Source: a virus
Direction: 5' to 3' (one strand)
Length of the DNA: 64,000 bases
IMG/VR virus record: IMGVR_UViG_3300009151_009555
Translations under genes and position numbers: made by a program
The notes under the pieces: model-generated
The model's input: only the letters and a program-made list of their open reading frames with translations
Told to the model about the DNA's origin: nothing
Database searches by the model: none
Shown: positions 18,440 to 27,930 of the stretch, one piece after another
Numbering within the stretch: position 1 is the stretch's first letter
Layout of the letters: each line of letters opens with the position of its first letter

Positions 18440-19486
18440 ATGAGAAACTATAGATTAGAACAAGCATTCAAAACCTACAATAGAAGTATGGATGCGATAT
18501 ACATGGAACTTTATTCTTTGAAAGAATCTTGTTCTCCAAAGGAATGGACTCTTTTAAGAGAAACCTTCTTTGACAAAATAAAAGCGGTCATTGGAGGCAC
18601 AGCACATGCTGCTGGTAAAGCGGTAGGAAACGTTACTGGTGCGATAAGCAAATCAGTGGACTATGTTCATGATTTAGGAACTTCTGTATATGATAAAGGA
18701 GTAGAGCTTGGGAAGAAAGCGGTAGAGGTTACTAAAGACTTTTATAACAAAGCAAAAGGTGCTATTACTCAAGGTATCGAATCTATTAAAAAAGCACCAG
18801 GACAATTATGGGACTCAGTTACAAACTTATGTTCAACAGTTGCAGGTGAGATTGCAGAGACTTATAAAAAAGCAAAAGAAAAAGGTGAAGAATGGTTAAA
18901 AGCGGCTAAAGAAACAGCGGTAAACCTATATACTTCAATGGCAGAAGGGTTGACAAACTTATACGCATCTACAAAAGAATGGGCGACTAAAAATATGGAA
19001 GCATTCAAAAAGATGGTTATTGAGAAAAAAGCTGAACTTTTAGAAATTGCAACATCTGCGATGAAGTCTGCCAATGAAGCTATCAAAGATCTTGGTATAG
19101 CTGCTACAAAATATTTTGAAAAGTTTAAAGATGGTGCAATCAAAGTAGGTAAGAACATAGGACTGCTTGTAGGTGTATTAGTTGGTCTTCCTTTATATGG
19201 AGTTTATATAATGACCAAAAAGACTTATGAACTTGGTAATGATTTAGGTGCTGCAGCAGCAGCAGGTTTCAATAAACTTAAAGCAGGATTAGCAAATTCA
19301 TGGGAAGAGATAAAGGGTATTGGTGCAGAGATATCAAAACAATTCAAAGGTGGAAAAGAAGAAGCGGATGCAGCGTGGAACAATTTAGATGATGAACAAA
19401 AGGTAAAGATGGCTGGACAATTTGCAGGACTTGCAGTTGCAGAATCTTTTAGATATTTAAAAACATTTGAATCTTTCAATAGATAA
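18440..19486 (+). CDS. alpha-helical repeat protein (apolipoprotein/LEA-like), 348 aa
   Basis: Repeated K-A-x-x-x-A amphipathic units with a hydrophobic segment near the C-terminus. Possibly a structural or membrane-associated protein. Confidence 0.5.
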   Translation: MRNYRLEQAFKTYNRSMDAIYMELYSLKESCSPKEWTLLRETFFDKIKAVIGGTAHAAGKAVGNVTGAISKSVDYVHDLGTSVYDKGVELGKKAVEVTKDFYNKAKGAITQGIESIKKAPGQLWDSVTNLCSTVAGEIAETYKKAKEKGEEWLKAAKETAVNLYTSMAEGLTNLYASTKEWATKNMEAFKKMVIEKKAELLEIATSAMKSANEAIKDLGIAATKYFEKFKDGAIKVGKNIGLLVGVLVGLPLYGVYIMTKKTYELGNDLGAAAAAGFNKLKAGLANSWEEIKGIGAEISKQFKGGKEEADAAWNNLDDEQKVKMAGQFAGLAVAESFRYLKTFESFNR

Positions 19487-19495
19487 TAATAAAAA

Positions 19496-19521
19496 ATCGA
19501 CTTAACGGTCGATTTTTTTTT
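19496..19521 (+). terminator. terminator ATCGAC-TTAACG-GTCGAT plus T9, immediately followed by a class-A promoter
   Basis: Hairpin plus T-run directly after the stop of 18440..19486. Confidence 0.55.
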
Positions 19522-19533
19522 AATATATACTCT
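19518..19533 (+). promoter_or_regulatory. class-A motif TTTAATATATACTCT abutting the ATG at 19534
   Basis: Motif instance, directly after a terminator. Confidence 0.5.
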
Positions 19534-20241
19534 ATGATAAAGAAGTATAAAGATTTTTCAATTAACGAAGCGAAGGCTACCGAAGACGAAGAATATGACG
19601 TAAGACAGATATTGGCGGAACTTACACAGGATCTGGGATTCGAATTAGAACTAAGTAAAATTTATTATTCTGATAATAAAACACAATGGCATGAGAATTT
19701 CGACACACTTTGCCAAAATCCTGTTTTAAGAATACATCTTACCAAAAAGAACGAGCGTCTTGAAGAATCTACGATAGAAAAATTGCTTCCTTCAGTGCAT
19801 GAATGTGTGGATAGACTATCCGAGCTAGGAGAAGCAGAACTTATGAAGTTTTCTTTGGCAAGACCATATGTTACCAACAATACACTTGTCGATATTTTGA
19901 TAATGGTGACGATTGACGAAAAACCGGAGATTTCCGACCTGCCAGGGTTCTACGACTTTATAGATACTTTGAACAGAAGCTGGAGAAGCTTGAACAACAA
20001 AGTGACAAGATCATTCTCTATTGGAGAAAAAAACAAAGAGTCTGTTGTTCTGGAAAGGGAAGAGCATGGTGTTGCGACGTTTACAGAAGTTAAAGCATTG
20101 ATTAGAAAGATTTTCAATCCGTGGCCAAACAGAACTGGAAGAGAGTACGAATATGAGTTTCAAAAAGAAGGAGACAATGTAAGAATAAAATACAAAGGCT
20201 ACAAAAGATTGGACCGTATGGGTAGAGTAGTAGTTGATTAA
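19534..20241 (+). CDS. hypothetical protein, 235 aa (MIKKYKDF..., a weak family N-terminus)
   Basis: ORF track. TTTAATATATACTCT sits at the ATG. Confidence 0.5.
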   Translation: MIKKYKDFSINEAKATEDEEYDVRQILAELTQDLGFELELSKIYYSDNKTQWHENFDTLCQNPVLRIHLTKKNERLEESTIEKLLPSVHECVDRLSELGEAELMKFSLARPYVTNNTLVDILIMVTIDEKPEISDLPGFYDFIDTLNRSWRSLNNKVTRSFSIGEKNKESVVLEREEHGVATFTEVKALIRKIFNPWPNRTGREYEYEFQKEGDNVRIKYKGYKRLDRMGRVVVD

Positions 20242-20477
20242 ATACCAATCTCTCTGAGTTTCCTATCTCTTGAACCGACTTTGGTTTCCGAAAGTTCGAA
20301 TTCATAGAAGCTTCGTTGACCAGTGGTAGAAGCGTCGTCAAAAACACTTACTGTATAGATCCAGTCTGGTCCTATATGTCTTTTTTCAACTATGACTCCT
20401 TCTTTGCCGCTGTAGATTGATTGGTCGTGTATGGGTCTTATCTTCACGATATATCCAATTTCCAACTTCGAACTCAT
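20238..20477 (-). CDS. C-terminal-tag family protein (...RDRKLREIGI)
   Basis: ORF track. Confidence 0.5.
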   Translation of the reverse strand: MSSKLEIGYIVKIRPIHDQSIYSGKEGVIVEKRHIGPDWIYTVSVFDDASTTGQRSFYEFELSETKVGSRDRKLREIGI

Positions 20478-20716
20478 ATACCAAGCTCGCTTAGGTTGAC
20501 ACTTCTCAATATGTGTCTGGCTAATCTAACTGCCTCTTTTTTATCGATAACACCTCCTGCATACCCGTGTTGACCCCATTCTACACCAAAACCAAATCCT
20601 TCCACACCACCTGTAATCGCACTAGGTTCTTTTCCGATTTGTATCTTTCCTGCACCAGGAACGTCAAAGTATTCATAGTTTTCTTCGTTGAACTTTTTTA
20701 TTTCTTCTTCTGTCAT
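20474..20716 (-). CDS. C-terminal-tag family protein (...VNLSELGI)
   Basis: ORF 20474..20749 trimmed to the ATG at 20716, which overlaps the upstream stop. Confidence 0.45.
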   Translation of the reverse strand: MTEEEIKKFNEENYEYFDVPGAGKIQIGKEPSAITGGVEGFGFGVEWGQHGYAGGVIDKKEAVRLARHILRSVNLSELGI

Positions 20717-20925
20717 ATTCCAATCTTTTTTAGTTGTATCTCTCTCCATTCATCTATTGAAACGAATCTCAATGGCTGGTAGTATTCGCTGACTATTCCA
20801 CGTTCGTTCTTTATTACAACACAAAACGGATCTGCATAGTCAGAATCTATGCTGGTATACACTTTGTTTAGTGTAAGCTCTTCATCGTATCCTCTGTTGT
20901 CTATGCAGACCCATTGCTTGTTCAT
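20713..20925 (-). CDS. C-terminal-tag family protein (...REIQLKKIGI)
   Basis: ORF track. Confidence 0.5.
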   Translation of the reverse strand: MNKQWVCIDNRGYDEELTLNKVYTSIDSDYADPFCVVIKNERGIVSEYYQPLRFVSIDEWREIQLKKIGI

Positions 20926-20934
20926 ATATGTTTA

Positions 20935-20979
20935 ATGAAAAAATCCCAAAGAGTTGTCTTTGGGATTATTTTTTTTTAT
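20935..20979. terminator. bidirectional terminator (ATCCCAAAG-AGTTGT-CTTTGGGAT flanked by an A-run and a T-run)
   Basis: 9-bp stem with A6 upstream and T9 downstream. Confidence 0.55.
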
Positions 20980-20981
20980 TA

Positions 20982-21800
20982 TTATCTTATTGGAAGAGTA
21001 GCAGGAGCGTTACCAAAGATGATGGTTGTGTTTTTATTGTCTTTGATAATCTCTACTTTTTCTTTCTCAATCTCAAGTTGACGTAGTTGTAAATACTCTT
21101 GTGTGGTCATACCCATTTGATTTTGGTAGGCACGATCAGCAATCGCTTTGTTTATCTCTGCTTGTTTTCTAGAAAGTTCGGCATCGGCTCTTGCAGTCTG
21201 CGTAAGAATACTTTGGTTTTGAGCAGCCGTGTTTCTAGTTTCATTTAGAACTTGTTCTGGAGGTGTGATGGCACCAATGGATACTTGCATGATTGTTACA
21301 GGTAATCCAATACTTTTTGAGTATTTTACCATATTATTGTAGATTTCTTGCTCTAATTTGGCGGAAATCTCACGTTTACTTACTAAATCGAACATTTTGT
21401 ACACACAAGCTTTGTCTCTGACCATTGTTCGGAATGTAGCCATCAAAGAGTTTGTATACCAGTTTTCACCAAATTTTTCGTATAGTTTAGGTGTGTTACC
21501 ACTTTGTACTTGACATTTTAAGTTGGCACTGAATGAGATTGGTGTGTTATCCGAAGGCATCATGTTCGTGAATTCTTCTGTGATTGTGATAGGAGTTACG
21601 GTAAACTCTTTGTGGTCTGTTGTGAAAACACACCAAGTTGAACCTGTTGATACGGGAGATTCATCGACTCCTCCGTGTCCAAAGAACATAGGTTTATAAA
21701 CTAATACAGATTCTTGACCAGCATCTGGTTGAACTCTGTAACAAGATGTCAACATAGACACCGATAATACAAGCATTAAAATTTTCGTGATTGTTTTCAT
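20982..21800 (-). CDS. SPFH/band-7 (prohibitin/HflC-like) lipoprotein
   Basis: Signal peptide plus lipobox MLVLSVSMLTSC. The central region resembles an SPFH domain, with a coiled-coil tail (ARADAELSRKQAEINKAIADRAYQNQ). Confidence 0.55.
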   Translation of the reverse strand: MKTITKILMLVLSVSMLTSCYRVQPDAGQESVLVYKPMFFGHGGVDESPVSTGSTWCVFTTDHKEFTVTPITITEEFTNMMPSDNTPISFSANLKCQVQSGNTPKLYEKFGENWYTNSLMATFRTMVRDKACVYKMFDLVSKREISAKLEQEIYNNMVKYSKSIGLPVTIMQVSIGAITPPEQVLNETRNTAAQNQSILTQTARADAELSRKQAEINKAIADRAYQNQMGMTTQEYLQLRQLEIEKEKVEIIKDNKNTTIIFGNAPATLPIR

Positions 21801-21821
21801 ATTTTTATTTTTATTTATACA

Positions 21822-21836
21822 AATATAAGGATGTTT
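21822..21836 (-). promoter_or_regulatory. class-B box (minus-strand TCCTTATATTTGTAT; TAnnTTTG -7-like element) about 20 nt upstream of the ATG at 21800
   Basis: Recurs before minus-strand operon-first genes. Plus-strand ACAAATATAAGGA reads on the minus strand as TCCTTATATTTGT at 21822, 24677, 33886, 46852 and 61815; near-variants of the same box lie at 56475 and 58323. Confidence 0.45.
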
Positions 21837-21841
21837 TTTAA

Positions 21842-21856
21842 TTTAATATATACTCT
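21842..21856 (+). promoter_or_regulatory. class-A motif TTTAATATATACTCT abutting the ATG at 21857, within a divergent promoter region
   Basis: Motif instance. The same 56-nt gap also contains the minus-strand TCCTTATATTTGTATAA box. Confidence 0.5.
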
Positions 21857-22771
21857 ATGAAATATTTATTAGAATTCGACCAATATCTTAGTGATGACAT
21901 ACAAGACCTAAACAATGATGGTAAAAAAGAAAATCCAATCTCCGCATCTGCAAGTATAGGATTTAAAAATTTCGATCCTGAAAAAGTAGAAGTAATAGGA
22001 ACATATAAGGATGGTGCTTTTGTGGAGCTTTTCATAACCACTGCTGGTGTCATCAATGAAATAAACAAAGGCATCAAGGAAGAGACCAACAAATGGTATG
22101 GTACTTTTGGATACGAATACAGCTTAGACAAAGAAGCCTTTGATATAAAGATTGGAGAAGGAGTTATCAATACTGAATATCTTATGAAGATGGTGAACAA
22201 TAGGACGGTCTTCTACCATATATGTGAAAAAGAAAAAATCACGAACGGTGAAGATTTTTTGAATTTCATGAAAGACTTTTCGAATCTAGAGAAATACTAC
22301 CACTACAAAGGAATTTTTTTCAAAGCGGTTTTGGAAATACTAATTGCTGCAACACGAAAGGGAAACAAAGGTGAGAGAGCAGCGTTGAACTATTTTAGAT
22401 GGTTGATGAAGGTCAAAGGAACTCCAGTCACCATATATAAACCTACATTGAGAGAAGATGTCAGAGGTATAGACGGTAAGTTCAAATTCGAGAATAGTGA
22501 AATTGAAAAGACGATTCAGGTAAAGCCATATGAGAATTTTTCGATAGATAATAGAGTAGGTACTGCGACTTCCAACGGATCTTTATCGATGAATACTGAT
22601 ATTCTTATACTATACAAAGGAATAGGCACAAAAGTCGTAAGGAATAGCTCAGATGAAGAAGTTAGTTATCCTGACTTTAACTATATAATAGCAGACAAAA
22701 AAGATGTCAAAATAGTCGGAAATCAGTTTATTTTGACTAAATGGGAGTCAAAAGGTGAGAAAAAGAGATGA
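21857..22771 (+). CDS. MK-N-terminal family protein (MKYLLEFDQY), 304 aa
   Basis: ORF track. TTTAATATATACTCT sits directly at the ATG. Confidence 0.5.
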   Translation: MKYLLEFDQYLSDDIQDLNNDGKKENPISASASIGFKNFDPEKVEVIGTYKDGAFVELFITTAGVINEINKGIKEETNKWYGTFGYEYSLDKEAFDIKIGEGVINTEYLMKMVNNRTVFYHICEKEKITNGEDFLNFMKDFSNLEKYYHYKGIFFKAVLEILIAATRKGNKGERAALNYFRWLMKVKGTPVTIYKPTLREDVRGIDGKFKFENSEIEKTIQVKPYENFSIDNRVGTATSNGSLSMNTDILILYKGIGTKVVRNSSDEEVSYPDFNYIIADKKDVKIVGNQFILTKWESKGEKKR

Positions 22772-22887
22772 AAATAGTAAAATACTTCAAATTATTCGAA
22801 AGTAGGACTGCTGAGATTACAGACAAAGAGTTTGTGATGTTGGTTAAAGACAACTGTAAAAACTACTTAGCAAACCCTAAATACTAA
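22768..22887 (+). pseudogene. truncated 39-aa member of the MK-N-terminal family (MKIVKYFKLFES...), followed by an ORF-free remnant
   Basis: The family N-terminus is intact but a stop comes after 39 codons. Positions 22888..23055 carry no ORF in any frame. Confidence 0.35.
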
Positions 22888-23055
22888 AATCTGTAGTTTA
22901 AAATGAAATTCTTAATAGAATATAGAATGTTTGATATGTCTATTACCATTTGTTTAGCATCATTAGTTTGATTCTTATACGATTTATCTTTTTGATTCTG
23001 AATATTATTCTGAGTCCCTTTGGATATTTAACAGGTCCCATTCCATTTGTATGAC

Positions 23056-23283
23056 TCATTTTTTGTTTATTTTTTCAAGCATCCATTTCGCTCCTTCAAC
23101 AAATGAAAGTTCTTCTTCACATTCTTCTACTCTCAATGCCAAATCAATCTTTATGTCTCTTATCTCTTTTTTATTTTCTTCTTCGACAAGCTTCATGATT
23201 TTTCTGGTCAAAGATCCTGCGGTCTTTGTCCCGTCGTTTGCCCAATGCATTATTTGGGTTTCTATTTCTTGGTATAGTGTCAT
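23056..23283 (-). CDS. hypothetical protein, 75 aa
   Basis: ORF track. Confidence 0.45.
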   Translation of the reverse strand: MTLYQEIETQIMHWANDGTKTAGSLTRKIMKLVEEENKKEIRDIKIDLALRVEECEEELSFVEGAKWMLEKINKK

Positions 23284-23531
23284 AATCCTAATTTTGTCAG
23301 TTTTTCTTCTCTTAATCTTTCAAGGTCTTCGTTTCTTATATGTATGAAAAAATATCCTACTAAGCTTTCGTATTCGTTTAGTCTATATTGACTTATATCT
23401 AATCCAAACTTTTTTTCAAAAAGATCTACTATGAATACAAGACGTCTTACTTCAAGCTTCTTTACTTCTTCTACTAAAAGATCCGTAGTTGCTATGACTA
23501 CACCATTATGTTTTATTCCTATCTTATACAT
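23280..23531 (-). CDS. C-terminal-tag family protein (...REEKLTKLGL)
   Basis: ORF track. Confidence 0.45.
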   Translation of the reverse strand: MYKIGIKHNGVVIATTDLLVEEVKKLEVRRLVFIVDLFEKKFGLDISQYRLNEYESLVGYFFIHIRNEDLERLREEKLTKLGL

Positions 23532-23823
23532 GAAGTATTTTTTTCAGTTTGTTGTCTCTAATAACATCCTTGAATTCGTTTTCAAGCACTTCAAAGTCGT
23601 CTAAAGCGAAGTTTATCTGGTTTTTGCATCCGTTTTCGATATATGTACCGTTGTGATCGTTTTTTTTAAGTTCCAGACTGTATCTTTTCTCGAATCCCTT
23701 ATGCTCTTCGGGATTGTATATGGATATCGTGTATCTTTCATAAGACAGGAAGATACACTCGTCTCTTATAATAGAGAGATTGAATCCAATATCTTTCACA
23801 AAGTTTAAAAAGTCTTCTAACAT
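23524..23823 (-). CDS. hypothetical protein, 99 aa
   Basis: ORF track. Confidence 0.45.
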   Translation of the reverse strand: MLEDFLNFVKDIGFNLSIIRDECIFLSYERYTISIYNPEEHKGFEKRYSLELKKNDHNGTYIENGCKNQINFALDDFEVLENEFKDVIRDNKLKKILHV

Positions 23824-23841
23824 AGAACAAAGATAAGGAAA

Positions 23842-24168
23842 TTATTCTAATATTTTTCCAATCTTCCAATCTCTTAAAAAGGATTTGTAAGCGTCTATAA
23901 AAATATCGGTGTTTTTGATTTGCGAGATTACGTGCGATTTCTGGTCTATTCCATAAATTCGAAAGTCCATTGGGTCTTGTAACGTGCAGTTTACTTTTAG
24001 GTTGTTGTACTCGAACACTATTGTTCTTTCGTTCTGCGTTATGTGGTTCAGCAAGAAAGACATTTTTCTTGCTTGCTCGAGTTGCTCTTCGTTGAAGTGG
24101 TCGTCCCACTCACCTTTCATTATGTTGGCAAGGTTGTCTCTTAGGTATTTGTCGGTATCGTCTATCAT
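23842..24168 (-). CDS. hypothetical protein, 108 aa
   Basis: ORF track. Confidence 0.45.
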   Translation of the reverse strand: MIDDTDKYLRDNLANIMKGEWDDHFNEEQLEQARKMSFLLNHITQNERTIVFEYNNLKVNCTLQDPMDFRIYGIDQKSHVISQIKNTDIFIDAYKSFLRDWKIGKILE

Positions 24169-24674
24169 AGTATGGCTCTAAGTTTTCTGTCTCTCTTTTC
24201 TTCTATGCTCATTCCAAACCAGATTGTTTTCTCGTAGGCTACACGAAGTTCTTTCCAAGTAGGCATTTTGTCCCAGACACCGTATACGTCCATCGAATCG
24301 TGCCATAGTATCAGTCTTTGTATCTGGCTTTGCATGTCGTATGTATATGCCTTATATTCCGCACCGTCTCGCATTTTGGCGGTGTAAGTTTGTCGGTATT
24401 CCCAAGATCTTCTGACATCGAACCACTCTAGCTCGATGGTCTGGTCACAGGGAAGGTCGTTTAGAAAAACACCAAGCTTTGGATAATGCAGCAAATCATC
24501 TTCAATCTTTTCATATAGAAAGAATTGTCCGGTCCTAACACTTATATTTCCACTTAGAAAGTCTGTCTCGTTGTTGTTCAAATCAACTCCGTTTAAAAAG
24601 CGTTCTTCACCTTTTACATACTTAGGAAGCGGTAGCGTTCTTTCTTTTGACTTTAATAGTTCTTCTAGATTCAT
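24165..24674 (-). CDS. hypothetical protein, 169 aa
   Basis: ORF track. The minus-strand promoter-like box TCCTTATATTTGCC lies about 10 nt upstream of the ATG. Confidence 0.5.
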   Translation of the reverse strand: MNLEELLKSKERTLPLPKYVKGEERFLNGVDLNNNETDFLSGNISVRTGQFFLYEKIEDDLLHYPKLGVFLNDLPCDQTIELEWFDVRRSWEYRQTYTAKMRDGAEYKAYTYDMQSQIQRLILWHDSMDVYGVWDKMPTWKELRVAYEKTIWFGMSIEEKRDRKLRAIL

Positions 24675-24690
24675 ATGGCAAATATAAGGA

Positions 24691-25308
24691 TTATATTTTT
24701 CTAAATATCGTTATATCGTCTATTTCGATTTTTTCGAGATTTTCTATTGTCAATAAAACATCTCCGTGGCCGAGTCCCGAATTTGCGTTCTCTATTATCA
24801 AAGAGCCGCTTTCTATCTCACTAACTACTTTTTCATAAAAATCTTTTAGAGCTTTTGTAGTTCGATATGGTGAGTAACTATATACTATGTCATATTCTTT
24901 ATATGAATGATTCATTATATCATCTTCTATCAAATCTATTCCGTCTTTCCAAAAGTCTATAAGGTTTTCTTTCATGAAATCTATATAAGCGCTTTGTTTT
25001 TCTATTCCAAAAAATGAAAATGAATTTTTTGAATCCAATGATTGTAGATAAAAATCAAAAAGTGTAAAGCCTAATCCTATTCCACAATCAATCATTCTAT
25101 TAGAATCTTTTAGAAGGCCTCTTTCTTCTAATCGATTTATTAGAAATATATTCTGTTCTATATTACTTGTTATGTTATAGAATTCATTTCCTTCCAAAAA
25201 ACTTTCTGGTAAAGCAGTATTAAATTTTTGAGTCTCTTGAAAGTAAAGTACCAACTCTGGATTTGGTTCTACTTCTTCTGAATTTTTTGTATCTATAAAC
25301 TTTATCAT
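24691..25308 (-). CDS. class I SAM-dependent methyltransferase-like protein; paralog of 59023..59664
   Basis: Motif I IDCGIGLGFTLFD. Shared blocks IDQNIFL, GIEKQS.Y.D, DIVYSYSP, GS.LIEN.N.GLG. Confidence 0.5.
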   Translation of the reverse strand: MIKFIDTKNSEEVEPNPELVLYFQETQKFNTALPESFLEGNEFYNITSNIEQNIFLINRLEERGLLKDSNRMIDCGIGLGFTLFDFYLQSLDSKNSFSFFGIEKQSAYIDFMKENLIDFWKDGIDLIEDDIMNHSYKEYDIVYSYSPYRTTKALKDFYEKVVSEIESGSLIIENANSGLGHGDVLLTIENLEKIEIDDITIFRKI

Positions 25309-25520
25309 ATTCCTAGCTCGTTTAGTTTTTCTTCCCTAATCTCTTCTTGTGTTTTGAAGTATTTCTGACTCAGTTTTATCCAACGGAATTTGTCGTCGTA
25401 TATTATATAGGTGTTGTCTTTGAATTGTTCTGTGAATATTTCTTTATTGGCCAATTCGTACCATTTACCAACGGTTATTGACAGTCCGACATATTCGTTG
25501 TTTACACAAAGCACTTTCAT
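25305..25520 (-). CDS. C-terminal-tag family protein (...REEKLNELGI)
   Basis: ORF track. Confidence 0.5.
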   Translation of the reverse strand: MKVLCVNNEYVGLSITVGKWYELANKEIFTEQFKDNTYIIYDDKFRWIKLSQKYFKTQEEIREEKLNELGI

Positions 25521-26053
25521 ATTCCAATTTGATTTAGACTTACTTCTCTAATAAGATCCTTTACTATATCTCTCTGTGATTCTTTTATGTGTTTTTGGTA
25601 TATTTCAATAAAGTCTTTTTCTTTTATTTCACCTTCTTCGGAAATTATGGTATAGACTTCCTTCTTCATTTCATGAATATTCATGTATAGTTCGAAAGCA
25701 CCAGATCCCGAAACAGCAGGATTCACTCGTGTTCTTTCTACCATCGAGTCCAATATAGAAGATGCTTCTTTCATTTTCAGCTTGAAAAAATCATTGAACT
25801 CTATCAATCTGATAAAATCTTCCTTTTGAGATTCTGCACATCCGACACTACCGCTAGTTAAGTTCTTATTATCTGACCATATGACAATTCCGGTAAGTTT
25901 GGACGCCATCTGAGGCACAAAGTCCATCCATAATACATCCTCGCCTAGAAACCTCTTTATATGCTTGAATTCGGATTCCGATCTAATGATTACAGACAAG
26001 CCTCGATATCTAAGAGCCTCGCTTATTCTTTTGTCTCTGTTGATAGCAATCAT
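25517..26053 (-). CDS. C-terminal-tag family protein (...VSLNQIGI)
   Basis: ORF 25517..26185 trimmed to the ATG at 26053, which overlaps the upstream stop (GGAATATGA). Confidence 0.45.
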   Translation of the reverse strand: MIAINRDKRISEALRYRGLSVIIRSESEFKHIKRFLGEDVLWMDFVPQMASKLTGIVIWSDNKNLTSGSVGCAESQKEDFIRLIEFNDFFKLKMKEASSILDSMVERTRVNPAVSGSGAFELYMNIHEMKKEVYTIISEEGEIKEKDFIEIYQKHIKESQRDIVKDLIREVSLNQIGI

Positions 26054-26304
26054 ATTCCAAGTTCGTTTAGTTTGTCTTCTCTTTCCTTTTGCTTGTTTCT
26101 CGTGTTCCACAATTCTATGATGTCTTCCGGACGTGACTGGTTCCAATCCGCCCCGTCGCAAAGATAGCAGTCGTTGTTGGTGCAATGAATGTCATAATAC
26201 TGTTTTATTTTACCGGTTGTTTTCTCAAAACAATAGTCACTATTGTCTTCTATGATTTTCAATTTGGCTTCTGAGTTGCAGAATGGACACGGTTTTATAT
26301 TCAT
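26050..26304 (-). CDS. Lar-like zinc-ribbon protein (CPFC motif) with the C-terminal tag ...REDKLNELGI
   Basis: N-terminus MNIKPCPFCNSEAK plus a second Cys cluster, resembling the restriction-alleviation Lar family. Confidence 0.4.
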   Translation of the reverse strand: MNIKPCPFCNSEAKLKIIEDNSDYCFEKTTGKIKQYYDIHCTNNDCYLCDGADWNQSRPEDIIELWNTRNKQKEREDKLNELGI

Positions 26305-26495
26305 ATTTTTTTGCTTCTTCCTGGATGAAATTGTTGAAAATATTTTTCTTCTTTAGTATGTTCTTCGATTGCTTCTCTCTTGATCCGTTTTATGACGGTC
26401 TCTAAGTACGCTTCGATTAAGATTCTTTCGGGTGCTTTTTCCATTCTAAGTCCTTTAAGAATGTCATCTGTAATTTTTTCTGGTGTAAAGCTCAT
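26301..26495 (-). CDS. hypothetical protein, 64 aa
   Basis: ORF track. Confidence 0.4.
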   Translation of the reverse strand: MSFTPEKITDDILKGLRMEKAPERILIEAYLETVIKRIKREAIEEHTKEEKYFQQFHPGRSKKI

Positions 26496-26824
26496 ATTCC
26501 TAATGATTTTAGTTTTGTTTCTCTTTCTATTGATTTTCTGTTCTCTACTATTTCGTATAGTTCAAAAGAACTAATGTGTTTGTCATTGTATCTACACCAG
26601 CTTACTTCATAACACTCTGCTTGTGCCCAGTCATCGTCGTCTTCTGTAATATACGAATATCCGATTGAATATTTTTTATCGCCTATGAAAAATCGTATAT
26701 CTTCTCCTTGTTCCTCGCTATCGCAGATTTCGATAATCTTTCCATTAAGCTCACCTGATATGACTAACTTTTTTATATGAGCTCGTATTTTATCTGTATT
26801 CATATTCATATTGCAAATATACAA
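26492..26824 (-). CDS. C-terminal-tag family protein (...RETKLKSLGI)
   Basis: ORF track. Confidence 0.45.
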   Translation of the reverse strand: MYICNMNMNTDKIRAHIKKLVISGELNGKIIEICDSEEQGEDIRFFIGDKKYSIGYSYITEDDDDWAQAECYEVSWCRYNDKHISSFELYEIVENRKSIERETKLKSLGI

Positions 26825-26836
26825 AATGTTTTTAAA

Positions 26837-26869
26837 TAAAAAAAGTCAGACTTAATCTGACTTTTTTTA
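26837..26869. terminator. bidirectional terminator AGTCAGA-CTTAA-TCTGACT
   Basis: 7-bp stem with A-run and T-run on either side. Confidence 0.5.
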
Positions 26870-27145
26870 TTATTTAGGATTGTTTCTTTTCCATCCAAAG
26901 ATTCTTCTTTCTAGAAGACTGAATGTAAAGTTGAACTCTTTCATTAACCTTTCTGCGAATCTTTCGATTTCTTCTGCAGAAGCATCAATGTCATGTCCAT
27001 CTTCTCCTAATAACCTAATGATTTCCTCTCTACATCTTTCGAGAGTTATCGGTTGCATGTCTGATTGTTCGTTTAAAGATTCTGTAATCTCGCTGAACTT
27101 TTTAAAGTCTTTTTTCATAGAGTATATATAAAAAAAGTTAGTCAA
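26870..27145 (-). CDS. hypothetical protein, 91 aa
   Basis: ORF track. Confidence 0.45.
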   Translation of the reverse strand: MTNFFYIYSMKKDFKKFSEITESLNEQSDMQPITLERCREEIIRLLGEDGHDIDASAEEIERFAERLMKEFNFTFSLLERRIFGWKRNNPK

Positions 27146-27168
27146 ATTATTTGACTAACTTTTATTTT
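27130..27168. terminator. terminator AGTTAGTCAAA...TTTGACTAACT with flanking A/T runs
   Basis: 10-11-bp stem with A-run and T-run on either side; it follows the minus-strand gene 27167..27919. Confidence 0.5.
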
Positions 27169-27919
27169 AAAATGGATAAACGTTTTCAATCATTTCGAAT
27201 TTCTTCTTAGCGATTCTTTTAACTTTAGAGATAGGGAACTCCATGTCGTCGGTGTCAATCGCTTCTTCACAAGAGTAGCCCATGTTTGTCCAAGCGTCTG
27301 TGATGAACTCCCATTTGCCTTCGTTCTTCCATTGCTCGAAGGTATCTCGGATATCGTCTTCGTCTTTTTCTTCAATCTCTTCTTTTGAAAGGTAAGAGTC
27401 TTCTGTAATTTGACTCAATACCCATTCCTTAACTTCTTCAAAGTCTTCTTCTCCACTAACTGAATAAGCCGGATCACTGATTGAATCTTCTGCCAAAATT
27501 TCTTCGTCTTCTGTATAAACTCCGTCTCTTACAATAGCAGTTCCACAATTTGTTTCGTATTCGTCATACCAGTTGCAAACAACTTTGACATCGTCAAACT
27601 CTGCGGTGCAAATCTGGTATAGCTTGATTAAGAAACCATCTGGAAGATAGTTAGCAGTCTCAAGTTTGATGTTATCATCAACTCCACCTGTGATCCACTT
27701 AGTGCCAACATTATCGTAAAGCCAAGCGATAAGTACACCTTCGTCTGTTATAGGATACTCAGTCTCACCATTGTTGTATGGTCTTTTTAAATCTTCTTCT
27801 GTATAAAATGTTTTTACGATTGAAGTAGTGTCTCCGTTTGTTGTATCGAACATGTCGCAGATTTTATCCATCGCTTCTTGTGGTTCAATCTCAATTGTGT
27901 TGTAAATAATATTTGCCAT
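27167..27919 (-). CDS. highly acidic protein, 250 aa, transcribed directly after the cytosine methyltransferase
   Basis: About 28% Asp/Glu with many aromatic residues. No catalytic motif. Confidence 0.5.
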   Translation of the reverse strand: MANIIYNTIEIEPQEAMDKICDMFDTTNGDTTSIVKTFYTEEDLKRPYNNGETEYPITDEGVLIAWLYDNVGTKWITGGVDDNIKLETANYLPDGFLIKLYQICTAEFDDVKVVCNWYDEYETNCGTAIVRDGVYTEDEEILAEDSISDPAYSVSGEEDFEEVKEWVLSQITEDSYLSKEEIEEKDEDDIRDTFEQWKNEGKWEFITDAWTNMGYSCEEAIDTDDMEFPISKVKRIAKKKFEMIENVYPF

Positions 27920-27930
27920 TATATTTTATT

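Noticed and set aside
20238-26304. Reading the conserved gene ends as a Shine-Dalgarno-driven coupling element only (GGAATATGA with GGA as SD)
   Set aside because: The GGA could act as an SD, but conservation extends about 10 residues upstream with synonymous codon variation. The inferred Bacteroidetes-type host makes little use of SD sequences. It is therefore kept as a protein-level tag that is also overlap-constrained.
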